64,000 bases of DNA from the NCBI RefSeq assembly GCF_032191835.1, contig NC_083229.1:102734001-102798000 (forward strand), read 5' to 3'. A program made the translations under genes and the position numbers. The stretch is from Heteronotia binoei. Its lineage: Eukaryota. Below are positions 36,062 through 48,000 of the stretch, piece by piece. How positions within the stretch are numbered: the first letter of the stretch is position 1; the number at the start of each line of letters is the position of its first letter. The notes below the pieces were generated by a model, which worked only from the letters and a program-made list of their open reading frames with translations, searched no databases and was not told the origin of the DNA.

Positions 36062-36769
36062 AAATACAAAAAGTATTCTGGTTAGCAGAGTAAGACGGGG
36101 TCAGGTATATGTGGAGTTTGCCGAGTGCTTCGGCTGGCCTATTGTTCTGCAGTTAACATTCCGTAGAAGCTTTTTTGTAGGAGGGTCTTGTTTGCTTTTC
36201 TCCAAAGTTCGAATACACAATAATCTTAGCATGTCGCCTTAGGAGAAATGGAAACGCCTCACAGCCAGCTGAAATAAGATGTACACCTACCCGTTGATGA
36301 TTTTGGTGGGTTTCATCGATTTCCATGAAATTTACTACTTTGAATAGGACAGCAGCCAGCCTTAAAGTCACGCTGTCAGTCGTGAATCGTAATAATGGAA
36401 ACAGGACTACCCTCTGAACAGATGTGCATTTGGCAGTCTGGAATGGGGCCTCTTCAAATTGTAGAAAGTTACTATCCTGATAATGACCATGAGTAAAGGT
36501 AAACAATATGTTAGAGTTTCTTGATCCTTTCAATCAACACTTTGCTATTTTTATTTTTTTTACAAAACTGCAGCCTCTGGAATCATAATATGAGTGGGAA
36601 AACTGCCAGAGGAGAAGAGGAAGTTGTTAAACTTTTTTCCTGCTGAAAGTCAACAAAAGCAGCTTGCAATGGCCATTTTAAGCAGAAAACAGTCCAAAGG
36701 AAAAGGGTTAAAAACCTTCCCTTTCTGCAACAATGCTCCCAGATGCTCTTCTCCTTTAGGACGTGAGGG

Positions 36770-37605
36770 GAGGGGTGATCTGAGGTTCCAACTCCCAGCT
36801 CTTGACAGTGTGCCGCTAATACCAGCATAGACAGTTACAAATTTGGGTGTGCTCCTGGATCCATTCTTAACTGTGGAGGCCCATGTAGCTAATGTTGCCA
36901 GGCTGGCATTTTTCCAACCGTGCCAGGTCAGGCAGCTAGCCCCCTACCTCGCCACAGTGATCCAAGCAAGTCACCTCAAGGCTGGATTACTGTAACTCAT
37001 TCTGTGTAGGGCTACCCCTGAAGCTGATCCAAAAATCTCAGCTTGTCCTAAACGCAGTGGTGTGGGTACATACAGCTTGTGCTTCACCAGTTGCACTGGC
37101 TCCTAGTCAAGTACTGGATCTGTTTCAAGGTTTTGGTGCTGACTTTTAAGGCCTTTAACAGTCTAGGACCAGTGTACTTGCAGGACTGCCTTTCCCAGTG
37201 TGTTCCCCGAAGAGCTTTATGCCCAGAAGAGAAAAAATTACTGGTGGTCCCTAACCCAAAATACATCCGGCTGTCCTCAAACAAGGCCCCAGCCTGGTGG
37301 AACTCTCTACCTGGTGATTTCTGTGCCCTGCAGGACCTAGTTCAGTTCCACAGCGTGTATAAAATAAGAGATTCTCTGCCAGGCCTACAGTTGAGGACAG
37401 CAACAGTCTACACACTGTGGCTCTCCCTTTGCCTTCTCCATGACTGGCCCCCTGATGTGCCAGAAGGGAGGGAGGGAATAAAGCACAATTTTCTGCCTGC
37501 TGCTGATTGTACTCGTAAATTAATTTATTGTATTTTAACCTGATGTGCACCACCCTGAGCCCTTCAGGGAAGGGTAGTCTATAAATTTTAAAAACAAAAT
37601 AAAAA
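36770..37605 (+). mobile_element. Degenerate L2-clade LINE fragment just upstream of the dehydrogenase B ATG exon
   Basis: NLGVLLDP, SRLDYCNS, LHWLLVKYWICFKVLVLTFKAF, APAWWNSLP; L2-type 3' end. Confidence 0.85.
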
Positions 37606-37762
37606 TGTTCCATAATACTGTTTAATAATGTTATTTTCTTTTTTCAAAATGCTGTTTACAAGACTGTATGGTTAAATATATTTCTGCCTTGAAACAAACA
37701 ATATTTCAACATTAGCAAACCAAAGTTTACAATTTTGTATATAGTTTTGTGTTTTATAGACC

Positions 37763-38144
37763 ATGGCAAAGCAAGACTGTCCATATACACTAATCAGTGT
37801 AATAGGAGGCAGGGATGGAGTCTATGAAGATCATGTCGAGTTCCTAGAGAAACACCTTAAGCTTATCACCATGCAGGAATTTCTTGAAAATCAGAAAGAT
37901 CTCAGTCAAAAAATCCAAGCGATATATCTGTGGTTTAAAAAACCAGAAGCTACCAGAGAGCTCCTGCAAAGTTTGCCCAACTTAAAGGTGATTGCAAACT
38001 CTGGTGTTGGAGTGGATCACCTGGACTTGAAACTGATCTCCAGCTTCAAAGTTAAAGTGGCAAACACCCCATTTGCAGTTGCCAGTCCTACAGCTGATCT
38101 CGGGATGGCTTTACTGATGGCGTCTGCTAGGAGGATTGTGGAAG
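37763..38144 (+). CDS. Dehydrogenase B coding exon 1 (acceptor at 37760)
   Basis: ACCATGG Kozak; MAKQDCP...ARRIVEG; donor GTAAGA. Confidence 0.94.
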
Positions 38145-41100
38145 GTAAGACTGAGTGTCCCATTTGGATGGCTTTCCTTTCAAAATACATAGTTTCGTAT
38201 CTTGGGTCCAATGCAGTGTTTCCACAGATGGAATGATTTCCACTAGGTGAAATCATTCCATCTTACCTCCTCCTCGCTGTAGCCCCATGTCCCCCACCCC
38301 TTTTGTTCCTGGAAGGCCCCTAGCCTCCAGGAACAGTGGGGTTTTTTGGGGGTGTGTGTGTTATTTTGAGCTGAAACAGAAGGAGGAAGGTGAAAAAATT
38401 GATTTCAGGAAAATCATAATTAATGCCTGTGGAGATGTTAAACCATAGTAATAATCTATTGTGCATCTATTTCTATGGTTTTAAAAAAGAATCACACAGT
38501 GATCAGAAAACAGAATTTCTGGAGTCACCTTGTCATATCCTAGTCTTTAAAAGCACCCAAGGCACCATTATAGTCTCTTGGATTTTGAAGTCTGTTTGGA
38601 GAAGTAACTTTCTCATACACAAGTTCTGTAACTACCTCATGACCTTGCCTAGAAAAAGGAAGCGATCATGTGCCTGGATGCCACATACATACAAATCCTA
38701 AAGGCAGATGTGGCTCATACTATTGATCATATTTGTATAACTGGCTTGGGTTTCACTGGAAGCCATCTTGGTAATCCTGTTTTACTCCAGTTACAGTGTT
38801 TACAGTACAGTACAGATTGTCATCTGTTGCATTGCAACAGCCTAGTGTCCATAGGAGGAAGAAGTGCAAGTGTTGACTGAAGAGTGTGATAACTTTCTCC
38901 AACTGGAAGTTTCATGAAAAGGGATTGATACCCTGATTTTAAAATATTTGTGCTGGAAGTTCTGGCCACAAGCTTGATAGACAGTTCCAGCACTAATAAG
39001 GAACACAATGGTGTGTTCTGTGCAGGGCTTTTTTTGTAGAAAAAGCCCATCAGGAACTCATTTGCATATCAGGCCACACTTCTTGACATCACCATTATCT
39101 CACACAAGGCTTTTTAGTAGAAAAAGCCCAGCAGAAACTTATTTGCATATTAGGTCACACCCCCTGATGCCAAGCCAGCCGGAACGGCATTCCTGTGCAT
39201 TCCTGCTAAAAAAAGCCTTGGTTCTGTGATAGCCAGCTGAATATAGCCAGCTTTCATTCAGCTAATTTCCTTTCTTACTGCTGTTCTCATCCCACACAGC
39301 TGTTGTCCATATAGGTCCCATGATGCCCAGCATAGCCTCTAGTGGAAAAGCAGAATAGCACAGAAACTGGTGTACCCTTAACTTAATATGCTACTGTAAT
39401 CCTTAGGATCTTGTTACTTGAGAATGCAGATCAGTTCCATATAACATAAAGCAATTCTGTATACTGATTTTTTTGAAGTGTGGATTGCATACCAGACCTT
39501 TGGAGATCTGCTGTCTCCAAAAATACTACCAACTGTTTCTCACTTTTGTGTATTTTTATTTTTAGGTTATTATATTGCAGTTTCTCCTGAGACCAAATAT
39601 TTTAATGCTGACTGGTTGGGTGATGAAATCAATGGTGCAACTCTGGGCATCATTGGAATGGGACATATTGGGTACAAAATAGCCCAGAGGGCCAGAGCTT
39701 TTGAAATGAAAATTCTTTACCATAATAGGAACCAGAGGTAAACATTTATTTGATCAGATTTGTAAATATGTAACCAATTTATACTCATAGCTTGTATTAC
39801 TTCATTAAGTTCAATAATTGCTCATTTCTGTATATGTAGGCTTCAAATCTATATTTGTTTATTTGCATTACAGTCCACCTTTCTCACTGAGACTCAAGGC
39901 AGATTACACAGTGTAAGTCAATGCAATTAGTAGGGTGTGAGACATCTAATAAGCAAGGTAATAGGACTAAGATTACAGAAATCTGGAACACAAAATACAT
40001 ATTAGACATGGTATGTTACTCAAGGCAGAAGATGGTATGTATAAGTAGAAAACAATGCAGTGAGAGCAAGATAACACATAGAATGTTCTTGTTCCACATC
40101 TCCTTTGCATTGTTCTAACCCTCACAATGAACTGATGGTCTGTTGTCAATTTCTAAAATCTATAGTTGGCATAACGTTTTGGCAGATGACTGTGGTTTGG
40201 ATCCGGTCACCTCCCATGTTTCCTCTAATTTCTTTCCTCCCTATTGTGCAGAGCAGTTGACATCCTGAGCTGAATATAACTGCTGTAATCTTAAAATGCA
40301 ACACACCAAAGGGGTCTTAGCATTAAGCAATTGAAAAACCGGTTTTTCAGTTGCTTCGTAATCTTAAAATGGGCAGTGCAAAACTCCAGACTGGAGTCTT
40401 AAAATGGGCAGTGTGGCTCCAAACTGCTGTTGAACAGGGCTTCCTATGTTAATCAACAGCTGTTCAGATGCACAACTTAAAGGAAATATTGGTCTCCTCC
40501 TTGTAACTTGTCTGAGTCACATTGAATATTCAGGTCATAGGCATACATGTCACAAAGTGTTTTCAAAGATAAGAGATTCTCAAGGAATGAAAAGCTCTTC
40601 AGCAAATGACATTTTTTCAGTATACCAATTAATTAACTGACAAGCTAATTAGAGCTGTATTTGGTTTTTGTGTAGACCGGTGGACGAAGAACAGGCTGTT
40701 GGTGCTGTTTATTGTCAAAAGAAGGAAGACTTGCTCCAGCAGTCTGACTTTGTGATGCTGACTGTGGCTCTAACACCCCAAACGCGCAACTTGATTGGGA
40801 AGAAGGAGCTAGAGCTCATGAAACCCACTGCTACACTCATCAACATCTGCAGAGGTATAGCAAAAATGTCTTGTTCCTTATCATAAGGGGAGCTTCTTCA
40901 TTGTAATGAGCCTTGAAAAATAATTTCTGGTGATAACAAAGAATTTTTATGCAAAATAGTTTTTGGAAATGTGAAAACTGAAACAACTCTACCTTGGTGG
41001 ACAGTATTCCTAAACAGGTCTGAACGCTTTGAGGAAGGACAGAATATTTTCTCCCCCCCCCCCCATTTCCTCTTCTCCTTCCCCAGTATTTAAAAGGCTG

Positions 41101-44100
41101 TGTGTTCCCCTTCACCAGTACTTGAATACATGTCTGCATCCCTACAGCAGGAATGAATGCCCATGTCCTCCCTATAAGTGACAGGTTTAGAACACTGCTG
41201 GTAGTGGACTGAGGCTAGCAAAGAAACTGTGCAAAGGGAAAAAAAAGTTTAATTATCTTTTGCAAAGGTCTACAGTGTTCTGAAGCTCCCTGCAAAGGTC
41301 TACAGTGCTCTGAGTCTCTGCAGTATTTGCTACTATTCTGCTGTAATATGATGGTAGAAAGTGTGGTCAGAAAGCAATCAACTTACAGTGACCCCGTTTC
41401 AAAGCAAGAGACAAACAGGGATGGTTTCCCATTACCTGTTTCTGGGTAACAACCCTGGACTTTCTTGGTAGTCACTCCATCAAACTGCTAATCAGGGCCA
41501 ACCCTGAGACAGGATGAGCTCTGGCTAGCTGAGACCAATTAGGGTTGCCAATCCCCAGCTGGGGACAGGGGAATCCAAAGCACAACGCTTCCGTGAAAAC
41601 CAGCCTCAATAAGAACAAAACAGTACAAAAATTTTTAGCAAACAATGAATGCAATATGTTATATAAACACAATTTGGAACAGTGAATTCAATCAGTCTCT
41701 TACAAAATACAAGGAACATATTCACCAGGAAACCAGTTCCATTTCTTCCATGCAACTCAATGCCAACTCTTATTAGGAAAATCCAACTGAATTGGAACTT
41801 GATAACTGATGTCAAATCAGTCCAATATTTCTTGATATGCAGCCAGCAGTCCAAGATAGCAACAAGGTCGTGCTGGTGCCCTTGTAACGTGAAAGGCACC
41901 AAATTTTTGGCATAGCTGCTGGTGCCTCTCCTCAAAAAAGTCTCCCAAGTTTCAAAAAGATTGGACCAGGGGGTCCAATTCTCTAAGCCCCAAAAGAAGG
42001 AGCCCCCCCATTCTCCATTATTTTCTATGGAAGGAAGACATTTAAAAGGAGCACAGTCCCTTTAAATGTGATGGCCAGAACTCCCTTCAGAGTTCAGTCG
42101 AGCTTAACACAACCTTGCTCCTGGTTCCACCCCCAAAGTCCCCAGATATTTCCTGAGTCAGACCTGGCAACCCTAAGACCAATTCAAGGCAACTCTTATA
42201 CCATTCAAGCATGATAAAAGCACTGGGGAGAGTTTCATGTCAAATGCTTATCACTCTTCCACTGTTCCCAGGCTAAAAACGTTGCACCTTGGAATATTAA
42301 AGTGATCTGACAAAATTACACACCTCAGATGGGAGGGCAGAGAATCATCTTTTGGATCATATTCTTGATTGGCTCACACTGATCAGGGAGTCAGTGATTT
42401 AGTTCTCCTATAAAGTTAATTTACATCCATCTGGGAGAACAAAGAGAATTTACAACAACACTTGAAACAGCACACAAGGGACTGAGTTACAAGTTACTAG
42501 CCTGGGCCAATATTGCCACAGGGAGCCAAGAAACATCTCAATGCATCTCCTCTCTGTTGCTTTGTTACTGATTCTGATTTGAAGGTACTCATCTTGCTTA
42601 CATTTAATCCTGAATCAATTCATCCTGGAGAACACACATGGAGTTGGGAACCCACAATGCACACAGGTTGAGTTGCAAAATGCTAGTGGAAAGAAAATAT
42701 GCCACTTTTAGCAAATCGTTCACAGTTGCTCAGCTACATGCATCCCATGTAGGTGTGGCAAAGCTAGGTGGACTAAATATTAAATTCTTGTTCCAGCTGG
42801 AAAAAACCCCTCAACTGCTGGAATTTTAAAATCCTTGTTCTCTAGCATGCTGTTACTCATTAAGTCAATGTTATGGTTCAACAAACTTACTCTGCTTTGA
42901 ATTTAGGTCAGGTGGTTGATCAAGATGCCTTGGTGGAGGCACTCAAAAATGGAGTTATTAAGGCTGCAGCTTTGGATGTGACCTATCCCGAGCCATTGCC
43001 AAGGTAAAAACAATTAAACACGAAATGCTTAACCAGCATTCAGAATCAATAGTTTTATGTGTACTTCTGGCTCAAGTTACTTTGTTTGTGGCATAAATCA
43101 CTCTGTTTGGGATATTATCTATCTCAAATGTTCTCTAATGCTTCTTTCTTCTGGAATGGAACTTCCCTGCATTCCCCTCCCAGTACAGCCCAGTGGGACC
43201 CCCACCTCACCCCGATTCTGCTCCTGGGAATGAAGGGATCCTCATAGAGAGCATGGGGGAGGGAGAAAGGCAGTCTCTGCAGTGGGAGGAGAAAGGCAAG
43301 AAATGGCCCCGCCTGCAAAAGAAATGCCATTCCCTTGGTGTAAGTGCTGTTAGGGTTGCCAGCCTCCAGGTGGTGGCTGGAGATTTCCTTCTATTACCAC
43401 TGATCTCTCGGTGACAGAAATCAGTTCACCTAGAGAAAATGGCCACTTGGGAAGATGGACTCTATGGCAACAGGATACAAATGAATAAATAAATAAAAAC
43501 GCAATATGTGACTTGCCAACACTTGGCTCACAACACACACGGAGATACATGTATTTCAAAACTCATTTTAAGGCTTGGATCTCACTGTAGGCATGATGCA
43601 TGTGTAAGTGAAGGGAATACTATAGACCACATCTGAATTGGCCATTTTAAAAACAGTTGCCAGCAGACTTGCGGTAGTGACCTCAACTGGAGCTCAATTA
43701 CTGCAGTTGGTCCTTACTAAGCCAATCCAATTCTGCACACACGATCAAACTGATTCTTTAGAAGAGCGTTATTTGTAGTAGTGCCAATGAAGGAGAGCAG
43801 GTGGAGGTGCAGGTGAAGGAGAGCAGACTCCAGGTGGAGAATGCACAGCTTCCTGTCCTCCCACAATTATCCCTAAAGAATCCTGGGAAAAAAACTTCTC
43901 AGATTTTGCAGGGATGCAAAGTATCTTGAGACAAACAATACAACTTTGAAACAACCAGTCATTAAAACTTATATTAATCTCATTTCATTTTTGTAAGATT
44001 TTTAAATATTAAGAGTTAGTCTACTAAAATGTTACTTACATATCTGCCATTTTCCCCCTCCAGAGACCATCCTTTGTTAAAGTTGAAGAACGTCATAATA

Positions 44101-44217
44101 ACACCTCACATTGGAAGTGCAACTGTAAAATCCCGCCAGCTGATGATGATGAGCATGGTAGAAAGCATTCTGAATGGTGTAAATGGTCTTCCAATCACTA
44201 ATGAAGTACATGGGTAA
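37763..44217 (+). CDS. D-isomer-specific 2-hydroxyacid dehydrogenase, glyoxylate/hydroxypyruvate reductase (GhrB)-like, copy B, 327 aa; exons 37763-38144, 39566-39737, 40676-40854, 42907-43003, 44064-44217
   Basis: Exon sizes and phases identical to copy A (382/172/179/97); motifs SGVGVD, GIIGMGHIG, YHNR, INICRG, YPEP, TPHIGSAT; AATAAA at 44482. Confidence 0.94.
39023..39220. mobile_element. hAT MITE (CAGGGCTTTTTTTG family)
   Basis: TIRs; perfect TSD GTTCTGTG; sisters at 46328 and 51101. Confidence 0.9.
39566..39737 (+). CDS. Dehydrogenase B coding exon 2
   Basis: YYIAVSPETKYFNADWLGDEINGATLGIIGMGHIG...YHNRNQR. Confidence 0.94.
40676..40854 (+). CDS. Dehydrogenase B coding exon 3
   Basis: PVDEEQAVGAVYC...SDFVML...INICRG. 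Confidence 0.94.
42907..43003 (+). CDS. Dehydrogenase B coding exon 4
   Basis: QVVDQDALVEALKNGVIKAAALDVTYPEPLPR. Confidence 0.94.
44064..44217 (+). CDS. Dehydrogenase B coding exon 5
   Basis: DHPLLKLKNVIITPHIGSATVKSR...EVHG*. Confidence 0.94.
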
Positions 44218-45463
44218 AAACAGTTGCATCTCTTGCTGGTAAAACAGCAGTTCTGTGGGAAGGATGTCATCTGAATTTTGGGCATGGAAGCATGACTTCC
44301 CTTCCCACAGCAGTCCCAAGAGCTGGAGGGCTGCCACGGGAGGGCAGAATTGCCCCCTTTTCCACACGTTAATATTTCTGATGGGTGCCAACCTCATGTA
44401 GTCATTCTATGCCTTGTCTCCCCAATTTTAATTGAAAAAAGCTACCTTTGATCTTTAGTTCTCTGGTGTATTAAATAAGAAAATAAACCATACTTCCTTT
44501 ATTTTTGCATCCTTCAAAATGCAAGTTCTTTACAAAACAGAACATAATTCTTTAAAATGGCAATTAGTGGTTTCATAGAATTCACTGTTATCAATGCAAG
44601 CCTCATGAAGATATTTGTGTCATTATGTTCCACACGGTATATACCACTGTAAGGCATGCGATTACTCTCTGTGGAGAGTAATGCATTTTTCTCAGGTACA
44701 AAACGTTATACTTCGACAGCACAGTACTGCATTTGCTAGTACAAGAAACAAAAATATGGTAATATTTTAGTGCAGAGGTCCTCTTTGAGCCTGCAGGCAC
44801 ATCTGGAATTCTGACATGGCACAGTGGGCACAGCAACAAAATGGCTGCCACAGGAGGTGGAGCCAGCCACAAAATGTTTGCCACAGCTTAACTTTAATAA
44901 CACAGTGCAGATCCTTGTACTGTGGTAGCAGCTGCTGCTAAAGCAACATCTTTTAAAAAATCTGCACAGCCAATCAGAAGCCTCGCTAGTCAAAATCTGT
45001 AGCTAGCCCCGCTCACTTCCTATAAACACTTGGGTGCCAGAAGAGGTGTTGGCAAACGGGACCCATTTTAGTGGCTTGAATTTAACAGTCTCCATCCACA
45101 GCTGTATTTTCTGCACCAACAATAGGCAGAAGTGTACTCCTAAAATGAAAGCTGAAATTGAGGGTTTGAGGATGCTGGAGAAAAAAAAAAATCAGAAATA
45201 TAGTAGCCTGTTGTCCAGTCTTACATGTTGAATAAGAAGTTTCATTGAGCTCTACCCTGTTGATGTTTGTGGGTGTGTGTGTGCATGCATGGTACAAATG
45301 TTTTAATAAATAAAATGAACATACTCCCATGTAAATGTGCACACAAGTTCTGTCTTAAGAAATATTGAAATACCAAAAGCCAGATACACCCTTTATTCTT
45401 TTAGAAAGACGAGACATATGAGAGCCAAAGGTTGTGATTCCTGGCAACACAATGCGGAGGAGG

Positions 45464-45628
45464 CAGGGCTGGCTCTGCCGCTAGGCAAACCAGGCAATCG
45501 CCTAGGGCACCAGCCTTCTAGGGGCACTGAATTGGGTGCCCCCCATGTGACTCAGTGATGTTATCAGTGCAGGGGAGCGCCAGAAGTTAGCCTTGCCCAG
45601 GGTGCCAGACAGTCTAGGGCCAGCCCTG
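45464..45628. mobile_element. hAT MITE (CAGGGCTGGC family)
   Basis: TIRs; TSD GGAGGAGG/AGAGGAGG; inverted homolog of 33385-33549. Confidence 0.85.
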
Positions 45629-45963
45629 AGAGGAGGGGCAGAGCTTGCCTTCACTGCCATGGGTTATCTCATCCACTGGGGATACTGACAAAATGCCAAA
45701 GTCTGGGGAAAGAACAGACTTTAGATTTAGCATTCTGGTCAACTCTGAGGAACAGATTTTGGGGGACTAATGGAGGTAATGGGGATTGGTTTTTCCTTTC
45801 CCTGCATTTCAGGTGGCTGGAAATTGTCGCACTTTTCCAGCTTTTTTGGACCTGTTCATGGGTCCCAACTTTTAACTGCAGGAGTGAGATTATGGATCTC
45901 TAAAAATATGCGCATGTGCAAAGAGAGCATACCTGCAAGATTTTAGGGTCCTATACTCTCTTT

Positions 45964-46130
45964 CAGGGCTTTTTTTTTCTGGAAAAAGAGGTGCTGGAAC
46001 TCTCAAAAGGGAAATGAAGGAGAAACACACAGGTGCCCCCATGAACTTGTAAACATTTTTTGGGGATTTTGATTCCACCAAGAGGTTCCGGAACTCCATT
46101 CCACCATGTTCTCCCAGAAGAAAAGCCCTG
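45964..46130. mobile_element. hAT MITE
   Basis: TIR CAGGGCTTTT / AAAAGCCCTG; perfect TSD CTCTCTTT. Confidence 0.88.
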
Positions 46131-46327
46131 CTCTCTTTGGGTTTTAAGAGTTACATAGAAGGCACAGGGCAGCTTTTGCCATCACAGTAAGAGGAGAAAT
46201 TGCTCTTTGGTGGTCTCTAATAAACTCTACAAAACATGAGTTTTCTGTGGGCCAACTGAAGAGTAGTAGCACTGTCCTATGTATGTTTTTTGAAAAACAA
46301 AACACACTGAGTTCAGTGAGGTATATA

Positions 46328-46510
46328 CAGGGCTTTTTTTGAGCAGGAACGCAGTTCCCACTGGCATCAGGGGGTGTGGCCTAAAATGCAAATGAGTTTC
46401 TGCTGGCTTTTTTTAAACAAAAAAGCCCTGTATGAAACAAGTGACATCAAGGGGCGTGGCCTAATATGCAGATGAGTTCCTGCTGGGCTTTTTCTACAAA
46501 TAAAGCCCTG
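46328..46510. mobile_element. hAT MITE (CAGGGCTTTTTTTG family)
   Basis: TIRs; TSD GGTATATA/GGTGTATA. Confidence 0.88.
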
Positions 46511-47479
46511 GGTGTATATATATTTCCTAGCTGAGTACGTAGGATTTTAGCCCTTGTTGATATTTTTTATGGGGAACTGGCTCCACTGAACTCTGTGGAA
46601 GATTTTTGAATAAACATGATAGGGTATAGGAGGGACCAGTGGATGTTGGCGTTTAGTGTGTGGTCTCTTGAGACTCGAAGGAATAAAGTCTGCACACAGC
46701 TGCTGTTAGGCAAACTACCGTATATGTTATATTTATTTACAGATATTTACACAGACTAACAAAGTGCTCCACATATACAACCACCATCCATCCACCACAC
46801 GTAGCACTGGGATACATTACATTTATACAGTTCAGCACAGTTAATTATCCAATCAGCTTAGTGCTCTTCCCCCTTACATCATTCTAGCTGATGCAATCTG
46901 GAGGACTGCCAGCTGTCAATTGTCAGTTAGATCATCTACTGTCCTGTAGATCATTGCAGCTCTAGCTGTGGTCTGATGACTGTATAGTCTGAGAGTGTAT
47001 TCCCAGAATTATAGCTCATCATCGCTATACTACAGAGATCAGTTCCCCTGGAGAAAGCAGATGTTTTGGAGGGTGGACTCCATAGCACTGTACCCCACTG
47101 AGGTCCCTGTCCTTGCCACACTCCACCCCCCAAATCTCCAGGATTTTCTCAGCTACAGCTGGCAACCTACTGAGTCACCCCCACCTCCTGCTGGTGGCTA
47201 GGGAAGACCTGGCAACTCTAAAATAGTGATAATTGACTTGGAGAAAGATGAGCAGATTGGTGGACAACAGCTCACAAGTGGCGCTCAAAGGAAAAATGAA
47301 AGCCACAGAATAGCTTTTATTAAGACCAACGAGGAGCACACAAAGAATGTGCAAGCTTTTGAGATCTTCAGCACTCTTCATCATGCAGAAGTTTTTTAAA
47401 GGACATAATTCAATTTCCAGGCCTTGACCTTAAAGTCTCTTTTTTGCATCCAGCCCAGAAGCTTTGAACCTAAGGCAAA

Positions 47480-48000
47480 GGCTCAATTGCGTGACGTGCA
47501 TCTGGCGCCCACTAGGGGCGCTGTGCAGTTCCTGCTTTCCACGCTTGCGACTTAGGGAGGCCTGGCGGGGCGGAACGAGGGTCGGGCCGGCGGTCTACAG
47601 CTCGGAGTGTTCGGGCTTCTTCGCTCCAATGTGGCGCGTTGGAGGCGGTTCAGCAGCCGCGGCCGTTGCCGCTAGAGGCCGAGCGACGCACGAAATGGTA
47701 ACGGCTGCTACAGGGTGGCGACGGCGGCAGAATCCCGCTTCCAGCGGCGACGATGGAGGCCTTTTTCTCCTGGGCTGCCGGGCTCTGCACTACTCCGCTC
47801 CTCTCTGCGGCTCCAGGAACATGCTGAAGAAGTTACTCTACAAAAAGAAGTAAGTGGGCCCGGAAGGCTTGGAGAAAGAGAAGGGGTTGGAGACTGCCGC
47901 AAGTCTTGAATTCAGCAGGAGCTCACAGGAGCACAGCTCCTGAACCTTTCTGAGGGTTCCCCCTCTTCCTCCCCACCTACCTCGTCCATTGAATAGGAGG
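47480..48000 (+). promoter_or_regulatory. RBFA: CpG island / promoter and first exon of RBFA
   Basis: Very CpG-rich; TGACGTG motif at 47492; overlaps the RBFA start. Confidence 0.85.
47629..47849 (+). CDS. RBFA: RBFA exon 1 (mitochondrial presequence); alternative in-frame ATG at 47695
   Basis: MWRVGGG...RALHYSAPLCGSRNMLKKLLYKK; donor GTAAGT at 47850. Confidence 0.85.

Noticed and set aside
18257-44217. Naming the dehydrogenases GRHPR, or calling them recent bacterial transfer/contamination
   Set aside because: Exon structure and locus differ from GRHPR as I recall it; spliceosomal introns and a vertebrate syntenic context argue against contamination or recent transfer
47505-47524. CTCF site (CCACTAGGGGCGCT)
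   Set aside because: One G short of consensus spacing; cannot be supported without data
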